Below are positions 21,162 to 32,334 of a DNA stretch of 64,000 bases, one piece after another; positions within the stretch are counted from its first letter, which is position 1; every line of letters starts with the position of its first letter. The notes under the pieces were generated by a model that saw nothing but the letters and a program-made list of their open reading frames with translations, did not search any database and had not been told where the DNA came from. The translations under genes were made by a program, and so were the position numbers. Source of the DNA: an uncultured Gemmatimonadales bacterium (lineage in GTDB: Bacteria > Gemmatimonadota > Gemmatimonadetes > Longimicrobiales > RSA9); NCBI GenBank assembly GCA_963741945.1, contig CAVUKA010000005.1:576001-640000 (forward strand), written 5' to 3'.

Positions 21162-22954
21162 CACCCCGCTCTCCCGAACGCGCGCTGCTGCGCCGGCCAC
21201 CTGCGTGGCCATGGATGGTCACGACCGCCGGGATACTGATGACTGCCGCGGCGGCTCGCGGGCGCCGCTGGCCCGACCTCCTTCGGGGGCAGCTCTCCGA
21301 CCCCGACGGGTACATGCGCCTCGTCCGAGTGCGTGAGCTTGTCCGGTCTCCGCTGAGCTGGTATCACGCCGAGATCTGGCGGAGCAACGTGCCGTTCGGC
21401 GAAGCCATGCACTGGACGCGCCCCCTGGACGCGCTGCTCGCTCTCGTGGCGCTTCCCCTCGAGCCGGTGATCGGCGCCAGCGCCGTTCTGGTTGCGGGTC
21501 TGGTGGTGCCGCCGCTCCTGCTTCTGGCTAGCTGCGTGGCGGCTGCATGGATGGTACGGCCGCTCGTCCGCGACCTCCATCCCGCCATGACCGCGCTCTT
21601 CGTCCTCGGTCAGCCGCTGGTCGTGAGCTATGGCCTCCCCGGGCGCGCCGACCATCACCTCCTCATCCTTCTCCTGGCCGCGCTGGTGCTCGGCGCCGCG
21701 GTCCGCATCGCCGAGGGGCGGAACGCCATCGAGGCGGCGCGGTTCGGCGGGATCGCGGCCGCCCTGGGAATCTGGGTGAGCACCGAGGCGCTGTTCGCCT
21801 ACGGAATCGCCACCGTGCTGCTCGGACTGCCGTGGCTGACGGAATCGCGGGAGAGCCACTGGGCTCGCGTCAACGCCAGATTCCATGGATGGGCCGCGCT
21901 GGGGCTGGCGGCCGCCATCCTCCTGGAGCGTCCCTACACTCAGTGGCTGACCCTCAGTCTCGATCGGATCAGCGCGGTCCATCTCATCCTTGCCATGGGC
22001 CTTGTCCTCTTCTGGGCATTCGCCTCCGGCGTTCGGGCCCGGGGCGTTCGGCGCCGCGCGGCCCTCGCCGCAATGGGAGCGGCCATGCTCCTCACGACCC
22101 TCAGCGCCATGGCACCCGGTTTCGCGGCCGGCCCCTTCGCCCGCGTCGATCCGGGACTCCGCACACTATGGCTGAGCCACGTCCAGGAGTTCCTGCCGGT
22201 GCCGTGGAGTCCCGGGAGGGCGCTGGCCTATTTCGGCGCACCGCTCACGGCAATGGTCGGGTTGCCGCTGCTACTCCGGCCGGGCAGCGGGGGCAGGCGT
22301 GGAGTGGCCGTGCTGGCGTTCCCGCTCCTGCTCGCCTCCGTGATGGGCGTTGCACAGGTGCGATGGCTGCTGTACGCGCAGCTGATCGCGGCGGCCCTGC
22401 TGGCGGTGTACGTGTCCCGGGTCCGCGAACGGCTATCCGAAAGCCTTCCGCACCGCCTCCTGAAGGCGCTGGTGGTTGTCATAGCGGCCACCGCCTGGCT
22501 TGTGGGCGGGGGGGTGATCGACGCCTTCATCCACCCGGCTCCGCGCGTAGCCGACAGCGTTCCCGCATGCGGCGAGCGGGATGTGATCTCCGCCCTCCAG
22601 GGTGCTGGATTCAGCGGGCCACAGGTGGTGGCCGCCCACGTAGACTTCGGGCCCGCGATCCTGTTCCGAACCCGTGATGCCGTGGTCGCCGCCCCGTACC
22701 ACCGCAATTCGGGCACCCTCGCCGTCTACCAGGCGCTCAACGCGGTGGATCCGGAGCGCGCCAGAACCATCCTCCGGGCACGCCGGGTCGACCTCGTGGT
22801 CGTGTGCCCGGGCCACGACGAACCGTTCTTCCAAAAGCGGGTCCAGGGCGCGGAGACGCTTTTCGGGCATCTCGCCGCCGGGGATCCGCCTCCATGGCTG
22901 GCACCTCTCCCCCGTGGTTCCGGGGGTGCGGTCCTTTACCAGGTCCGGGAATGA
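21158..22954 (+). CDS. AglB/STT3-like GT-C membrane glycosyltransferase, copy 1
   Basis: TTG overlaps the regulator stop; DPDGYMR, GRADHH, HVQE, HVDFG...APYHRN, VDLVVV. Confidence 0.7.
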
Positions 22955-24935
22955 CGTCCAGCCGAACGCGCGCGGGGTTGACCTGGGCGTCCGCGGGCGC
23001 GGTCATGGTGCTGTGGGTGGTGGCGGCATCATACCAGCGATGGTCCCAGCTCTCGGCCGGATGGCTCCCCGGAACGGACGCGTACATGCGCCTCTTGCGC
23101 GTCCAGCGTCTGCTCGGGGGCGCCGGCTGGTTCGATGGGTCGATTCCGCGCAGCAACGTTCCCTACGGCGAGATGCTGCACTGGACCCGTCCCCTGGACG
23201 TGCTCATCGTCGCGGTCGCAATGGTCGTCAAGCCCTTCTCCCACGATCCACTGCTCACCACCGCTCTCGTCCTCCCGCCCGCGCTGATGATCGCGGCGGC
23301 CGTTGCGGCCGCCTGGATGGTCAGGCCCCTGTTGCAGGAGCTGTCGGCTCCGCTCGCGGCGATCTTATTCGTGGGCCAGCCCGTGGTCTTCGCCTACGGA
23401 TTCCCCGGTCGTGCCGATCACCATCACCTCATCCTGCTGGCTGCTCTCATTCTTTTCGGCGCCATGGTACGGCTGCTCATCCGCCCCAGCTACGACATGG
23501 CTGTCGTCGCCGGGCTGGCAGCCGGATTCGGAATGTGGGTCAGCGTCGAAGCGCTGCTCGCGTACGCCATCGTGACGGTGGTACTCGGACTTGCCTGGCT
23601 GAGGGGCGACACGCGGGCGTGGGCGCGGTCAACCTGCGCTTTCACGCCGCCGCCGCGCTGGTCGTGGCGGTCTCGATCATCGTGGAGCGGCCTCCGGCCC
23701 AATGGCTGGATGTCTTCCTGGACCGCGTCAGCGTGGTTCATCTCCTCGTCTGCCTCGGCCTCGTGGCCTTCTGGGCGCTCGTGGCCCCGCGGGTCGCGGA
23801 CGCTGGCGCGAGATCGAGGATGGCTGCGGCGGCGCTGTCCGGGGGTGCCATAGCCGCCCTCATTGCCGCTGTCGCACCGGCCTTCTTCCTCGGGCCGTAC
23901 GCGAGCCTCGATCCGGCCCTGGTGGCTGTCTGGCTCCCCGGCATCAGCGAAGTCCACCCGGAAACGCTGACGCCGCGCCGGATCCTGCTGCACCTGGGCG
24001 CACCCGCCGTGGCTCTCGCCGCAACCGCCGCGGCAGCGCTGCGGACGGCGAGCCACCGGCCCGCGCGAGCGGCGCTCCTGGTCCCCCTTTCGGTCACCCT
24101 GGTCCTCGGGATCTTTCAGTTCCGCTGGCTCCTGTATGCCGAAGCACTCGGGGCCGCGTTGCTGGCCGTCGCCATCTCCGACGCCTCCGTCACCCTGCGC
24201 GGCTCCCCTCTCCAGCCCTGGGTCCGTAGCACGCTGGCGGTGGCGGGCACGTTCGGATGGGTGGTGGTCGGAAGCCTGCCGTGGCCAACGGCCAACTCCG
24301 CACCCGAGTTCGCATCCACATCCGGCTGCTCCGATCAGCAGGCCGTCGCCGCGCTCGATGGCCTCGGCCCGAGCACCATCGCCACGTACGTCGATCTCGG
24401 GCCGGTGATCCTCTATCATACATCGCACGCGGTGCTGGCCGCCCCCTACCTCCACAATTCCGGCAACCGGGTGGTCATCGGGACACTGGACGCTCCGCTC
24501 GCCGAGGCCGACCCGGCCGAGCTCCGGGAGCGCGGCGTGAATTTGGTGCTGGTGTGCCCGGCCGGAAGGGACGCATACCTCGTGGCGGAGCGCGACGGGC
24601 GGGAGACCCTGTACGGCGCCCTCGTCCGGGGCCGCCATCCCGCCTGGCTCACACCCGTAGGAGATCCGGTTGAAAGTGCACCGGTTCGCCTCTACCGTCT
24701 GACGGGGAGCGCCGTCCCTGTTGCGCACCGCGGCTCTCGCGTGTCTCGCGCCGGAACAGAGTGGCCCGACGCCGCATCCGCCGCGAGGGCGAACAGTGGC
24801 GTATCCACGCGAATTCCGGCCGGTCGACGGCGTGCCAGAGGCGAGGAACGGCCCATGCCCTTTCGACGGGCATTTCGAGTCCACCCGGGCAACCCATGGC
24901 TGATCGCATCGTGGAAATCGGACACCCTCTCGTAA
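22951..24935 (+). CDS. AglB/STT3-like GT-C glycosyltransferase, copy 2 (frameshift near 23628, probably assembly error)
   Basis: GTDAYMR and GRADHH in one frame; GISE and YVDLG...APYLHN in another; one added G restores WARVNLRFH (copy 1: WARVNARFH). Confidence 0.68.
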
Positions 24936-25669
24936 GCGTCATCCTCCCGGCGCGCGACGAAGCGGGCACCATCGCCGAGGTGGTGCGCCGGGTCGCGGCT
25001 TCCGTGGAGCGACGGGGCTGGAGCTACGAGATCGTGCTCGGAGACTCCGCGTCGTCGGATGACACCGTCGCCCGTGCCCTGGAAGCCGACCCCCGCCTGC
25101 GGGTCGTGCGCGCCGAACGCCCCGGAAAGGGATTCGCCCTCACACGGGCGTTCCTGCACGCACGCGGCCAGATCCTTGCCTTCATGGACAGCGACCTCGA
25201 CCTCGCCCCGGAAGACCTTCCCGCCCTCATCGACGCCGTTCTCGCCGGCGCCGCCTGCGCCGCCGGCGCCAAGACCGGCGCCGCCCTGGCGTCACGACCA
25301 TTCTTCCGTCGCATCGCGAGCAGGGCTGTGAACGTGGCCGCCCGCTTGGCGCTGCGCAGCGGCATCAGCGATCATCAGACCGGAATGAAGGCGTTCGATG
25401 GGGCGGCGCTCCGGGCCGTCCTCCCCGAAGTCATGGAAGCCGGGTGGCTCTGGGACACCGAAGTCCTATGGCGCCTCGGCCAGAGGGGTTCGGCCGTGGT
25501 CCAGGTTCCCGTGGGCCTCTCGGGAGCGCGGGACGGCGCCTTCCGGAGCTGGCCGGACAGGATCACAGGGCTCGCGCAGGTCTTGTCGCTGTACGCACGC
25601 CTCTCCCGCGAGCCGGCACGGAACCCCGCGCATGCCGATGCGGTAGCGTCGGGCCGATCCCGCAGGTAG
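24896..25669 (+). CDS. GT2 polyprenol-phosphate glycosyltransferase
   Basis: VSVILPARDE, DSASSDDT, GKGFA, DSDL (DxD), DHQTGMKAF, WDTEVL. Confidence 0.88.
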   Translation: MADRIVEIGHPLVSVILPARDEAGTIAEVVRRVAASVERRGWSYEIVLGDSASSDDTVARALEADPRLRVVRAERPGKGFALTRAFLHARGQILAFMDSDLDLAPEDLPALIDAVLAGAACAAGAKTGAALASRPFFRRIASRAVNVAARLALRSGISDHQTGMKAFDGAALRAVLPEVMEAGWLWDTEVLWRLGQRGSAVVQVPVGLSGARDGAFRSWPDRITGLAQVLSLYARLSREPARNPAHADAVASGRSRR

Positions 25670-25671
25670 GA

Positions 25672-27852
25672 ATGCCGCCCCGGGCGGACCGTTCGGACTC
25701 GCGTCCCGCAGGTGCCGTCCCGTCTTCGCGCCCGGCACACGGGTCGTTGATCGGCATTTCCCTCCTCTTCGCCCTCGTTGCGGTGGCGTACGGCACCGGA
25801 GTCCGGCCACTTCTGCACCCCGGACCTCCAGTGTTCGGCGATCTCGGCGGCCATATGGTGCCGATCCGTGAGGGAGTGGAAGCGCTCCGCCAGGGTCACC
25901 TCCGGGGATGGTCCTACAGCTGGTTCGGCGGATTCCCCCGATTCTACTTCTATTTCCCGCTGCCCTCCATCCTCGTGGCGGCGCTGTCGATGGTGCTGGG
26001 GCTCGGCCGGGCCGCGATGCTGGGCGTGCTCGTCGGGCCGCTGCTCCTGCCGCTCGCGGCCGCATCCCTGGTTACCGCATCGGGCGGCACACGGCGAGGC
26101 GCGATCCTGGTCGCAGCGGGATCGGCGGTCTTCCTCCTCTCCCGCTCGCTCGGGCTGGACGGGGGAACGCTCGAATCGGCCATCGTCGGTGAGTTCTCGT
26201 ACGGCATCGCCATGCCTCTCGCGCTCTTCTACCTGGCGTCGCTCCCCGAGCTGCTGCGCGGACGCCGCCTCACCCGGTTCGCGCTCTCGGCCGTGCTGCT
26301 CGCGCTCACGGCCCTTTCGCACGTCCTCGTGACCGCCGTCGCCATCGTGGCTTCCCTAGCCCTGCTCCGGCGCCGGCGGGACCTGATGACCGCGGCCGCC
26401 ACCTGGGTCTTCGCCTTCCTCCTCACCGCCTGGTGGAGCGTGCCTTTCCTGTGGTTCGCCGGCGAGATGGGGGATCTGGCCTGGAAACCGTTGTCGCCCG
26501 CGCAGCTTTCTGCCGCGTTGATCGAAGGAATCCCCCTCGGGGTCCTGGGCGTTCTCGCGTTCACGTGGCGAAGCCCGGCCCTTGGTGAACGGTTCTACCG
26601 CCTCGCAGCCGTGTTCGCGGTCCTGGCCCTCGTCCCTCTCCTGGTCCCTCACACCCCCTTCTACTCCGGGCGGCTCCTCCCCTTCGGGATGTGGGCAGCG
26701 TCCGCGCTCGCCGCTGTCGCCGCATGGCAGTGTCTCCAGGCTCTCGCGGCTCGCCGCCACCTCGTCCGCACGGGGATCGGGCTCCTGGCATTGGCGGCCG
26801 CCCTCGTCGTTGCGGTCCTCCGTCCCCCCCCACGCGGGCTCGCCGAAGCCAACTTCGGCGGCATGCGGGCGGCCGTCGACTACCGCGACTGGCTGTCCCT
26901 GCAACAGCGTGTCCAGCGGCTCCCCGCGGGAGCGGTTGCGGAGGCTTCGCTCTTCGAGCGCGACGCGGCGCGCCCGCGCTTCATCTCCGATGGCGGGCTT
27001 CTGCAACTGGAGCGGCTCACCGGCCACCGGACGGTCGGGGGGACGTGGCGGGAATCCAGCCCCAGAGGTTCATACGAGTTTCGCGCGCGCGGACACCTCC
27101 GCGCGGACACCTCCTCCATGACCACCGGGTTCCCGGCGCGCAGTCCGGATCGCGGCCTCGGGGTCCGGCAGGCCCGCCTGCTCGGGGCCCGCTTCCTGTT
27201 CGTCTCCGGATCCACCACCGCGCTCGATACCATCTCCTGGCCCAGTACCCGAGAGATCGCCCGGGACTCCACCTGGCGGTTGTTCGAGATCGCCGATGCG
27301 GCCATCGCGCGCACGCTCCGCCGCTTCACGCCCACCCCTGCAGACTCGTTCGCCCTGGCAGCCGCCCGCTGGTTCGAGGACGGGGGTCGGAGTGCTCTCC
27401 CCGTCCGGATCGACGCCGCCGAAGCGCCGACCACGGGGGGGCTGCCGGAGCCCGCGCGAATCGACGAGTCCGCCATCACCATGAGCCCGGAGGAAATCCT
27501 GATCCCGGGTGCGGTGCCCGGCCAGCCCCTGCTGGTTCGGCTGTCCTTCTTCCCGAACTGGAAGCTCGCAACGCCGGGACGCGGGCCCTACCGCGCCGCA
27601 CCCAACGACATGCTGATCATCCCCCGCTCCGAGACCATCCGCCTGGTCTGGCGCCCCGGCTGGCCCGAACGCGCCGGCCTTGCCGCGAGTGTCGGGTCTG
27701 CTCTCGTCCTGCTCCTCCTCCTCGGCACGGCCCTGGCCCGCCGTCGCCGCCGCCCACCCTCGCCGTCCTCCTCCCCGCTCCGCCCCCATGGAACGCTCGC
27801 CGCGGGCTCCCCCCGTCACGCGGTCGAAGACCCTGAGGAACTGTGCCTGTGA
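25672..27852 (+). CDS. GT-C membrane protein of the 'PTPS-related' family, copy 1
   Basis: GDLGGH, GWSYSWFGGFPRFYFYFPLP, GEFSY, LSH, AWWSVPF; C-terminal LSFFPNW. Confidence 0.75.
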   Translation: MPPRADRSDSRPAGAVPSSRPAHGSLIGISLLFALVAVAYGTGVRPLLHPGPPVFGDLGGHMVPIREGVEALRQGHLRGWSYSWFGGFPRFYFYFPLPSILVAALSMVLGLGRAAMLGVLVGPLLLPLAAASLVTASGGTRRGAILVAAGSAVFLLSRSLGLDGGTLESAIVGEFSYGIAMPLALFYLASLPELLRGRRLTRFALSAVLLALTALSHVLVTAVAIVASLALLRRRRDLMTAAATWVFAFLLTAWWSVPFLWFAGEMGDLAWKPLSPAQLSAALIEGIPLGVLGVLAFTWRSPALGERFYRLAAVFAVLALVPLLVPHTPFYSGRLLPFGMWAASALAAVAAWQCLQALAARRHLVRTGIGLLALAAALVVAVLRPPPRGLAEANFGGMRAAVDYRDWLSLQQRVQRLPAGAVAEASLFERDAARPRFISDGGLLQLERLTGHRTVGGTWRESSPRGSYEFRARGHLRADTSSMTTGFPARSPDRGLGVRQARLLGARFLFVSGSTTALDTISWPSTREIARDSTWRLFEIADAAIARTLRRFTPTPADSFALAAARWFEDGGRSALPVRIDAAEAPTTGGLPEPARIDESAITMSPEEILIPGAVPGQPLLVRLSFFPNWKLATPGRGPYRAAPNDMLIIPRSETIRLVWRPGWPERAGLAASVGSALVLLLLLGTALARRRRRPPSPSSSPLRPHGTLAAGSPRHAVEDPEELCL

Positions 27853-29919
27853 GCCGGAACACCGCGTGGATCGCCGCTGCGCTCGCTCCGCTGCCGCGGC
27901 GATCCTCTACGGTATCGGCACGCTCCCCCTCCTCCACCCTGAGACTCCCGTCCTCGGCGACCTCGGCGGGCACATGGCCCCGATCCGGGAGTCCATCGAG
28001 TCGCTGCGCCGCGGCGGGCTGCGGGGCTGGTCCTACTCCTGGTTCGGTGGATACCCGCGATTCTACTTCTATTTCCCGCTTCCCACCCTTGCCATCGCCG
28101 GGCTGGCCAGCGTCCTGCCACTCGCCGTAGCGGTGATGCTGGTGGTGCTGGCCGGGCCGTTCCTCACGCCCCTGGCCGCGGGGGCGCTGGTCGTGGCCAC
28201 GGGGGGCACGAGCACCGGCGCGGTGGTCGTGGCCACGGGATCGGCGTTCTTCCTCCTGTCGCATGCTCTCGGCCTGGCGGGCGGAACGCTGGAGGCGGCG
28301 GTCGTGGGCGAATTCTCCTACGGGCTCGCTTTCCCGCTCGGGCTTCTGTACCTCGCCTCGCTGCCGCCACTGTTCCGGCGCCGGACCGCGTCGGCGTTCG
28401 CGCTTTCGTCTCTCCTCCTGGCCGGGACGGCGCTGTCCCATGTCCTCGTTACGGGCGTCGTCGTCCTGGCCTCGACGGTGCTTGCCCGGAAGCGCGACGG
28501 GTGGTGGCTGATCGGGAGCTGGGTCGCTGCGTTCTGCGTTTCCGCGTGGTGGACGCTCCCGTTCCTCTGGTATCGCGGCGAGATGAGCTCGCTCCACTGG
28601 GGTCCGCTACCCGCACCACAGGTCGATGCGCTTCTGTACGAGGGAGTGCCGGCGGCGGTGCTGGCGGTATTGGCGTTCGCCTGGCGCGGCCCGCACGTGG
28701 GGCGGGGGTTCTATCGCGTAGCAGGCGTGTTCATCGCGGCTTCGATGATCCCCCTGGTGGTTCCCGATTCCCCGATCTACCGGGCCCGCCTCATGCCCTT
28801 CGCTTTCCTGGCGATCAGCGCGCTGGCCGTACTGGCGGTCTTGCAGTCGGTCGAGGCCATGGCTGCGCGACGGCATCGAGGCCGCGCCGCCGTGGGCGTC
28901 CTCGGGCTGGGCGCCCTTCTGGGCCTGGTTGCCCTGAGAGACACGCCGCGCCGTGCGGCAGAAGTGATATTCGGCGGTACGGCCTCCGCCGCGGACACCA
29001 CATCGTGGCGGGCGCTTCTGGAGGAGCTGGACCGCCTGCCGCCCGGGGCCGTGCTGACGGCGGCGCGTTTCGAGCCGGACGGTGGCGGCGAGCGCACGGC
29101 GCGCCTCCTCGGCGATGGCGGATTCCGGCACCTCGCCGGATGGACGGGTCGGCGTATCATCGGCGGGCTGTGGCAGGAATCCGGCCGCAGCAGCCCGTAC
29201 GTCACCCGTGCGCGCGCCAACCTCGCGGGGGGTGGAACCACGCTGGCTGCCGCCGGCGACGAAGGAGTCCCGGATGCGGCGCTGGGGGTCCGTCAGGCGC
29301 GCCTCCTCGGGGCGCGGTTCATCGTGCTGGCCGGCGACCCGCGATTCCTCGCCCGCGCTATTCTCCCGGGCACACTGGAGTTGGCCCGCGACTCGATCTG
29401 GCGCCTGTACGAGATCCACGATGCGGCCGTCGCGCTCGGTCCGGGCCTCCTGCGACCGGTCCCCAGTGACTCTCTCCCCCTCGCCGCAGCCGCCTGGTTC
29501 CGGTCCGGCGGCCGTGAACCGCTCCCCGTGTCCGCTCCCGGCAGCACGGTGCCGGCGGCCGCGAGCGGAGCTCCCGTCCGGGTTCCGGAATCGGCCGTGC
29601 GCCTCCTGCCGGGAGAGATCAGGGTGACGGGGCGCACCCCGGTGTCCCGATGGTGCTCCGGCTGTCGTACTTCCCGAACTGGCGCCTGGCGTCGCCGGGT
29701 GTCGGCCCGTTCCGGGCCGCGCCAAGCCATATCCTCGTGGTCCCCGCCTCCCGTGAGGTCCGCCTGGTCTGGCGCCCCGGCACGGCCGAGACGATCGGCA
29801 CGCTCACGAGCATGATCGCCGCGGCGCTGCTCCTGGCGGCTCTCTCGATCCAGATGATGCGCCGATCCGGTCCGGACTCCACCCCCTTCCCGATCGTTCC
29901 CAGGCGTGTCGCATCGTGA
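27849..29919 (+). CDS. GT-C membrane protein of the 'PTPS-related' family, copy 2 (apparent frameshifts near 27886 and 29640)
   Basis: Same motifs as copy 1; GTG 27849 overlaps the copy 1 stop; C-terminal LSYFPNW lies in a shifted frame after a C-run. Confidence 0.72.
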
Positions 29920-30034
29920 CGGGCGCGTGTCCCGATGCGCGACAAACCAGCCGTTCCCGCGATCGACCGGACACACGAAAGTCCAGCAATGGCGCGGAAA
30001 ACCTGCGATGGCACGCGCGGCACGGCTCCTGTAA
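29907..30034 (+). promoter_or_regulatory. Candidate sigma54 promoter (30018-30033) with upstream TGTC..GAC dyads for the flp operon
   Basis: CGGCACGGCTCCTGTA (good -24, GT instead of GC at -12); TGTCGCATCGTGACG at 29907 and TGTCCCGATGCGCGACA at 29928. Confidence 0.4.
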
Positions 30035-30176
30035 CCAGTACCGTGCGAAGGCGGGTCGAGCGACCTGCCGGAACGGGGAGATTCCCCTATCGGGCGCCGG
30101 TTCGGGCGCCCGCCCCGATCGCCGCCCGACACTCGGGCAGTTACTCACCCGGTCCCGGTAGGGACGAGGAGGAACG

Positions 30177-30368
30177 ATGAAGGACCTGTGGAACAAGTTC
30201 CTGGCGGACGAGTCCGGCCAGGGCCTCGTGGAGTACGTGCTCATCATCGCGCTCGTGGCCATCGGTCTCGTGCTGGTGCTGACCGTCTTCCGCAACGCCA
30301 TCGGCAAGATCTTCGACACGGTCTCCGAGACGCTGAACACCGCGCCGAACAACGCCTACGGCACCTGA
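30177..30368 (+). CDS. flp: Flp family type IVb/c major pilin
   Basis: Strong RBS GAGGAGG; ESG|QGLVEY Flp motif followed by a hydrophobic helix; 63 aa. Confidence 0.96.
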   Translation: MKDLWNKFLADESGQGLVEYVLIIALVAIGLVLVLTVFRNAIGKIFDTVSETLNTAPNNAYGT

Positions 30369-30396
30369 TCGGCGCTGGCGGCTGGCGCAAACGTGG

Positions 30397-30424
30397 GCGG
30401 GTGGGGCGCTGGTGCCCCACCCGC
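30397..30424 (+). other. GC-rich stem-loop after flp (mRNA stabiliser/attenuator)
   Basis: GCGGGTGGGGC-6 nt-GCCCCACCCGC perfect 11-bp stem, no U-tract. Confidence 0.6.
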
Positions 30425-30461
30425 ACGCGCGCCGGAGGGAACCCCACGCGAACCGAAGCGA

Positions 30462-30995
30462 ATGTTCTCGACACTCCTAGCGATACCCGTTACTGTTGTC
30501 CTGATGCTCGGCGCCCTCACGGACGTCCGGGCTCGACGGGTGCCCAACGCCCTCGTCCTCGCGGGTCTCCCCCTCGCCCTGCTGGCCAGTGCCGGCGCCG
30601 GTGGGGTGGCGAGCATCCCGGGGGCGCTGCTGGGCGGGGTCATCGCGTTCGCGCTGGGCTTCGCCGCTTTCGGCATCGGCGCCATCGGCGGCGGGGATGC
30701 CAAGTTCCTGGTGGTCGGAGCGCTGGCCGTGGGCTGGAGCGGGCTGGTCCCGTACCTCCTGGCCTTCGGAGCGCTGGGTGGCGTGGTTGCGATTGCGGAG
30801 ATCGTTCGCAGGCGCGCGGGGATCGAGGCCACGGTCATGACGCTCGACCTCGCGAAGCACGCCGCCACGCTGGGCGGCAGCGGTCATCGCGCCCGGCTGG
30901 GCGATGAAGGGCGACTGACGGTTCCGTACGCCGTGGCCGTGGCGGGAGCCGCGGCTCTTACTCTCTTCACCCCCTACGCGCAATGGCTCCATTGA
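30462..30995 (+). CDS. cpaA: Prepilin peptidase (A24, TadV/CpaA)
   Basis: TDVRARRVPN, GGGDAKF, VPYAVA. Confidence 0.92.
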   Translation: MFSTLLAIPVTVVLMLGALTDVRARRVPNALVLAGLPLALLASAGAGGVASIPGALLGGVIAFALGFAAFGIGAIGGGDAKFLVVGALAVGWSGLVPYLLAFGALGGVVAIAEIVRRRAGIEATVMTLDLAKHAATLGGSGHRARLGDEGRLTVPYAVAVAGAAALTLFTPYAQWLH

Positions 30996-31462
30996 TCAGG
31001 TCGCTGAAGCGGCGGGCTGCGCCGCAGCTGAAGGGGAGACGTCCCGGTCAGGCGGTGGTGGAGTTCGCGCTGATCGCGCCGATCCTGCTGCTCATCGTCA
31101 TGGGGATGATCGACTTCGCCCGCGCCTGGAGCGCGGCCCACGTCATCGCCGACGCGGCGAGGGAAGGGGCCCGCTGGTCCGCCGTGGCCAACAACTCCAC
31201 GCCGGACTCGGTCCTGCTACACGTGGGCCAGGCGCTTCAGAACGGGCGGCTGGACGCCAGCGGCCTGAGCCTCGGCTGCGGCACGCCGCCGTGCCTGGAC
31301 GTGGACGACAGCGGCGGCGGCGGCGGCGGGGCCACGGGGCAGCCGAGCACGGTGTATCTCGAGTACCCCTACCGGTTCAACCTGGTGGGGCCATTCCTCC
31401 GCTGGACCACGGGCCAGGGCACGATCACGCTGAAGAGCCGCATCGTGATGCGGAACGAATAG
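30983..31462 (+). CDS. tadE: TadE-like pseudopilin
   Basis: GQAVVEFALIAP...AAREGAR; C-terminal MRNE. Confidence 0.9.
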   Translation: MAPLIRSLKRRAAPQLKGRRPGQAVVEFALIAPILLLIVMGMIDFARAWSAAHVIADAAREGARWSAVANNSTPDSVLLHVGQALQNGRLDASGLSLGCGTPPCLDVDDSGGGGGGATGQPSTVYLEYPYRFNLVGPFLRWTTGQGTITLKSRIVMRNE

Positions 31463-31475
31463 GAGAAGGACCCTC

Positions 31476-32282
31476 ATGAAGCAACGACGCGTCATCGTCA
31501 TCCTCCTGCTCGCGCTGGCTGCGGCCGCGGTGGCCGGGTTCTCGACGCTCCGTTACCTGTCCACCCGCCCCGCCACGTCGGTGGCGGTGCGCCCGGACCG
31601 CACCGCCCAGGTGGTGGTGGCCGCGCGGCCGCTGCCGGTGGGCGCGCTTCTCACACGGGAAGACCTGAACGTGATCGAGTGGCCGGCCAGCACGGTGCCG
31701 GACAACTACGTAGCGGTTCCGGCCGATGCGGTGGGCCGGGGGCTCATGAGCCCCGTCCACATGAACGAGCCGATCCTGGCCAGCGACCTGGCCGAGAAGG
31801 GGAGCGGCGCGGGGCTGCCGATCACGATCCCGGAGGGGAAGCGTGCGCTCAGCATCCGCGTCAACGAAGTGGTTTCGGTGGCCGGGTTCGTGATCCCGTA
31901 CACGCGGGTGGACGTGCTGCTGAGCCTGGATCAGGGCGGGGAGCCGCGCACGCAGATCATCCTCCAGGACATGACCGTCCTCGCCGCCGGGCAGGTGTCC
32001 GCCCGTGACGAGGAGGGCAAGCCGATGAGCTACTCCGTGGTCACGCTGCTGGTCACGCCGCAGGAGGCCGAGAAGCTCACGCTGGCGAGCCAGCAGGGGC
32101 AGCTCCAGCTGGCGCTGCGCAACATGATCGACGTGGCGGAAGTCAGCACGGACGGGATCCGCAAGAGCGCGCTCATGACGGGCCCCACGCGGCGCACGCA
32201 GACGGGGCGCGTGGTCCCGCGGCCTGCCGCGCCATCGGTGGAGCTGTACCGCGGCGGCGCGCGCTCGCTGCAGCGATTCTGA
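31476..32282 (+). CDS. cpaB: Flp pilus assembly protein CpaB/RcpC
   Basis: SAF domain VVVAARPL, GKRALSI, VAGFVIP..RVDV, VTLLVTP, LQLALRN. Confidence 0.93.
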   Translation: MKQRRVIVILLLALAAAAVAGFSTLRYLSTRPATSVAVRPDRTAQVVVAARPLPVGALLTREDLNVIEWPASTVPDNYVAVPADAVGRGLMSPVHMNEPILASDLAEKGSGAGLPITIPEGKRALSIRVNEVVSVAGFVIPYTRVDVLLSLDQGGEPRTQIILQDMTVLAAGQVSARDEEGKPMSYSVVTLLVTPQEAEKLTLASQQGQLQLALRNMIDVAEVSTDGIRKSALMTGPTRRTQTGRVVPRPAAPSVELYRGGARSLQRF

Positions 32283-32334
32283 TCCGTTGCGGACTGGCGG
32301 ATCTTGCATGAACACCAGGGAAAGGGCGCATGAC

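Noticed and set aside
25672-29919. Pterin biosynthesis role for the 'PTPS-related' proteins
   Set aside because: They are polytopic GT-C-like membrane proteins with no T-fold/PTPS motifs; the family name is not evidence of function
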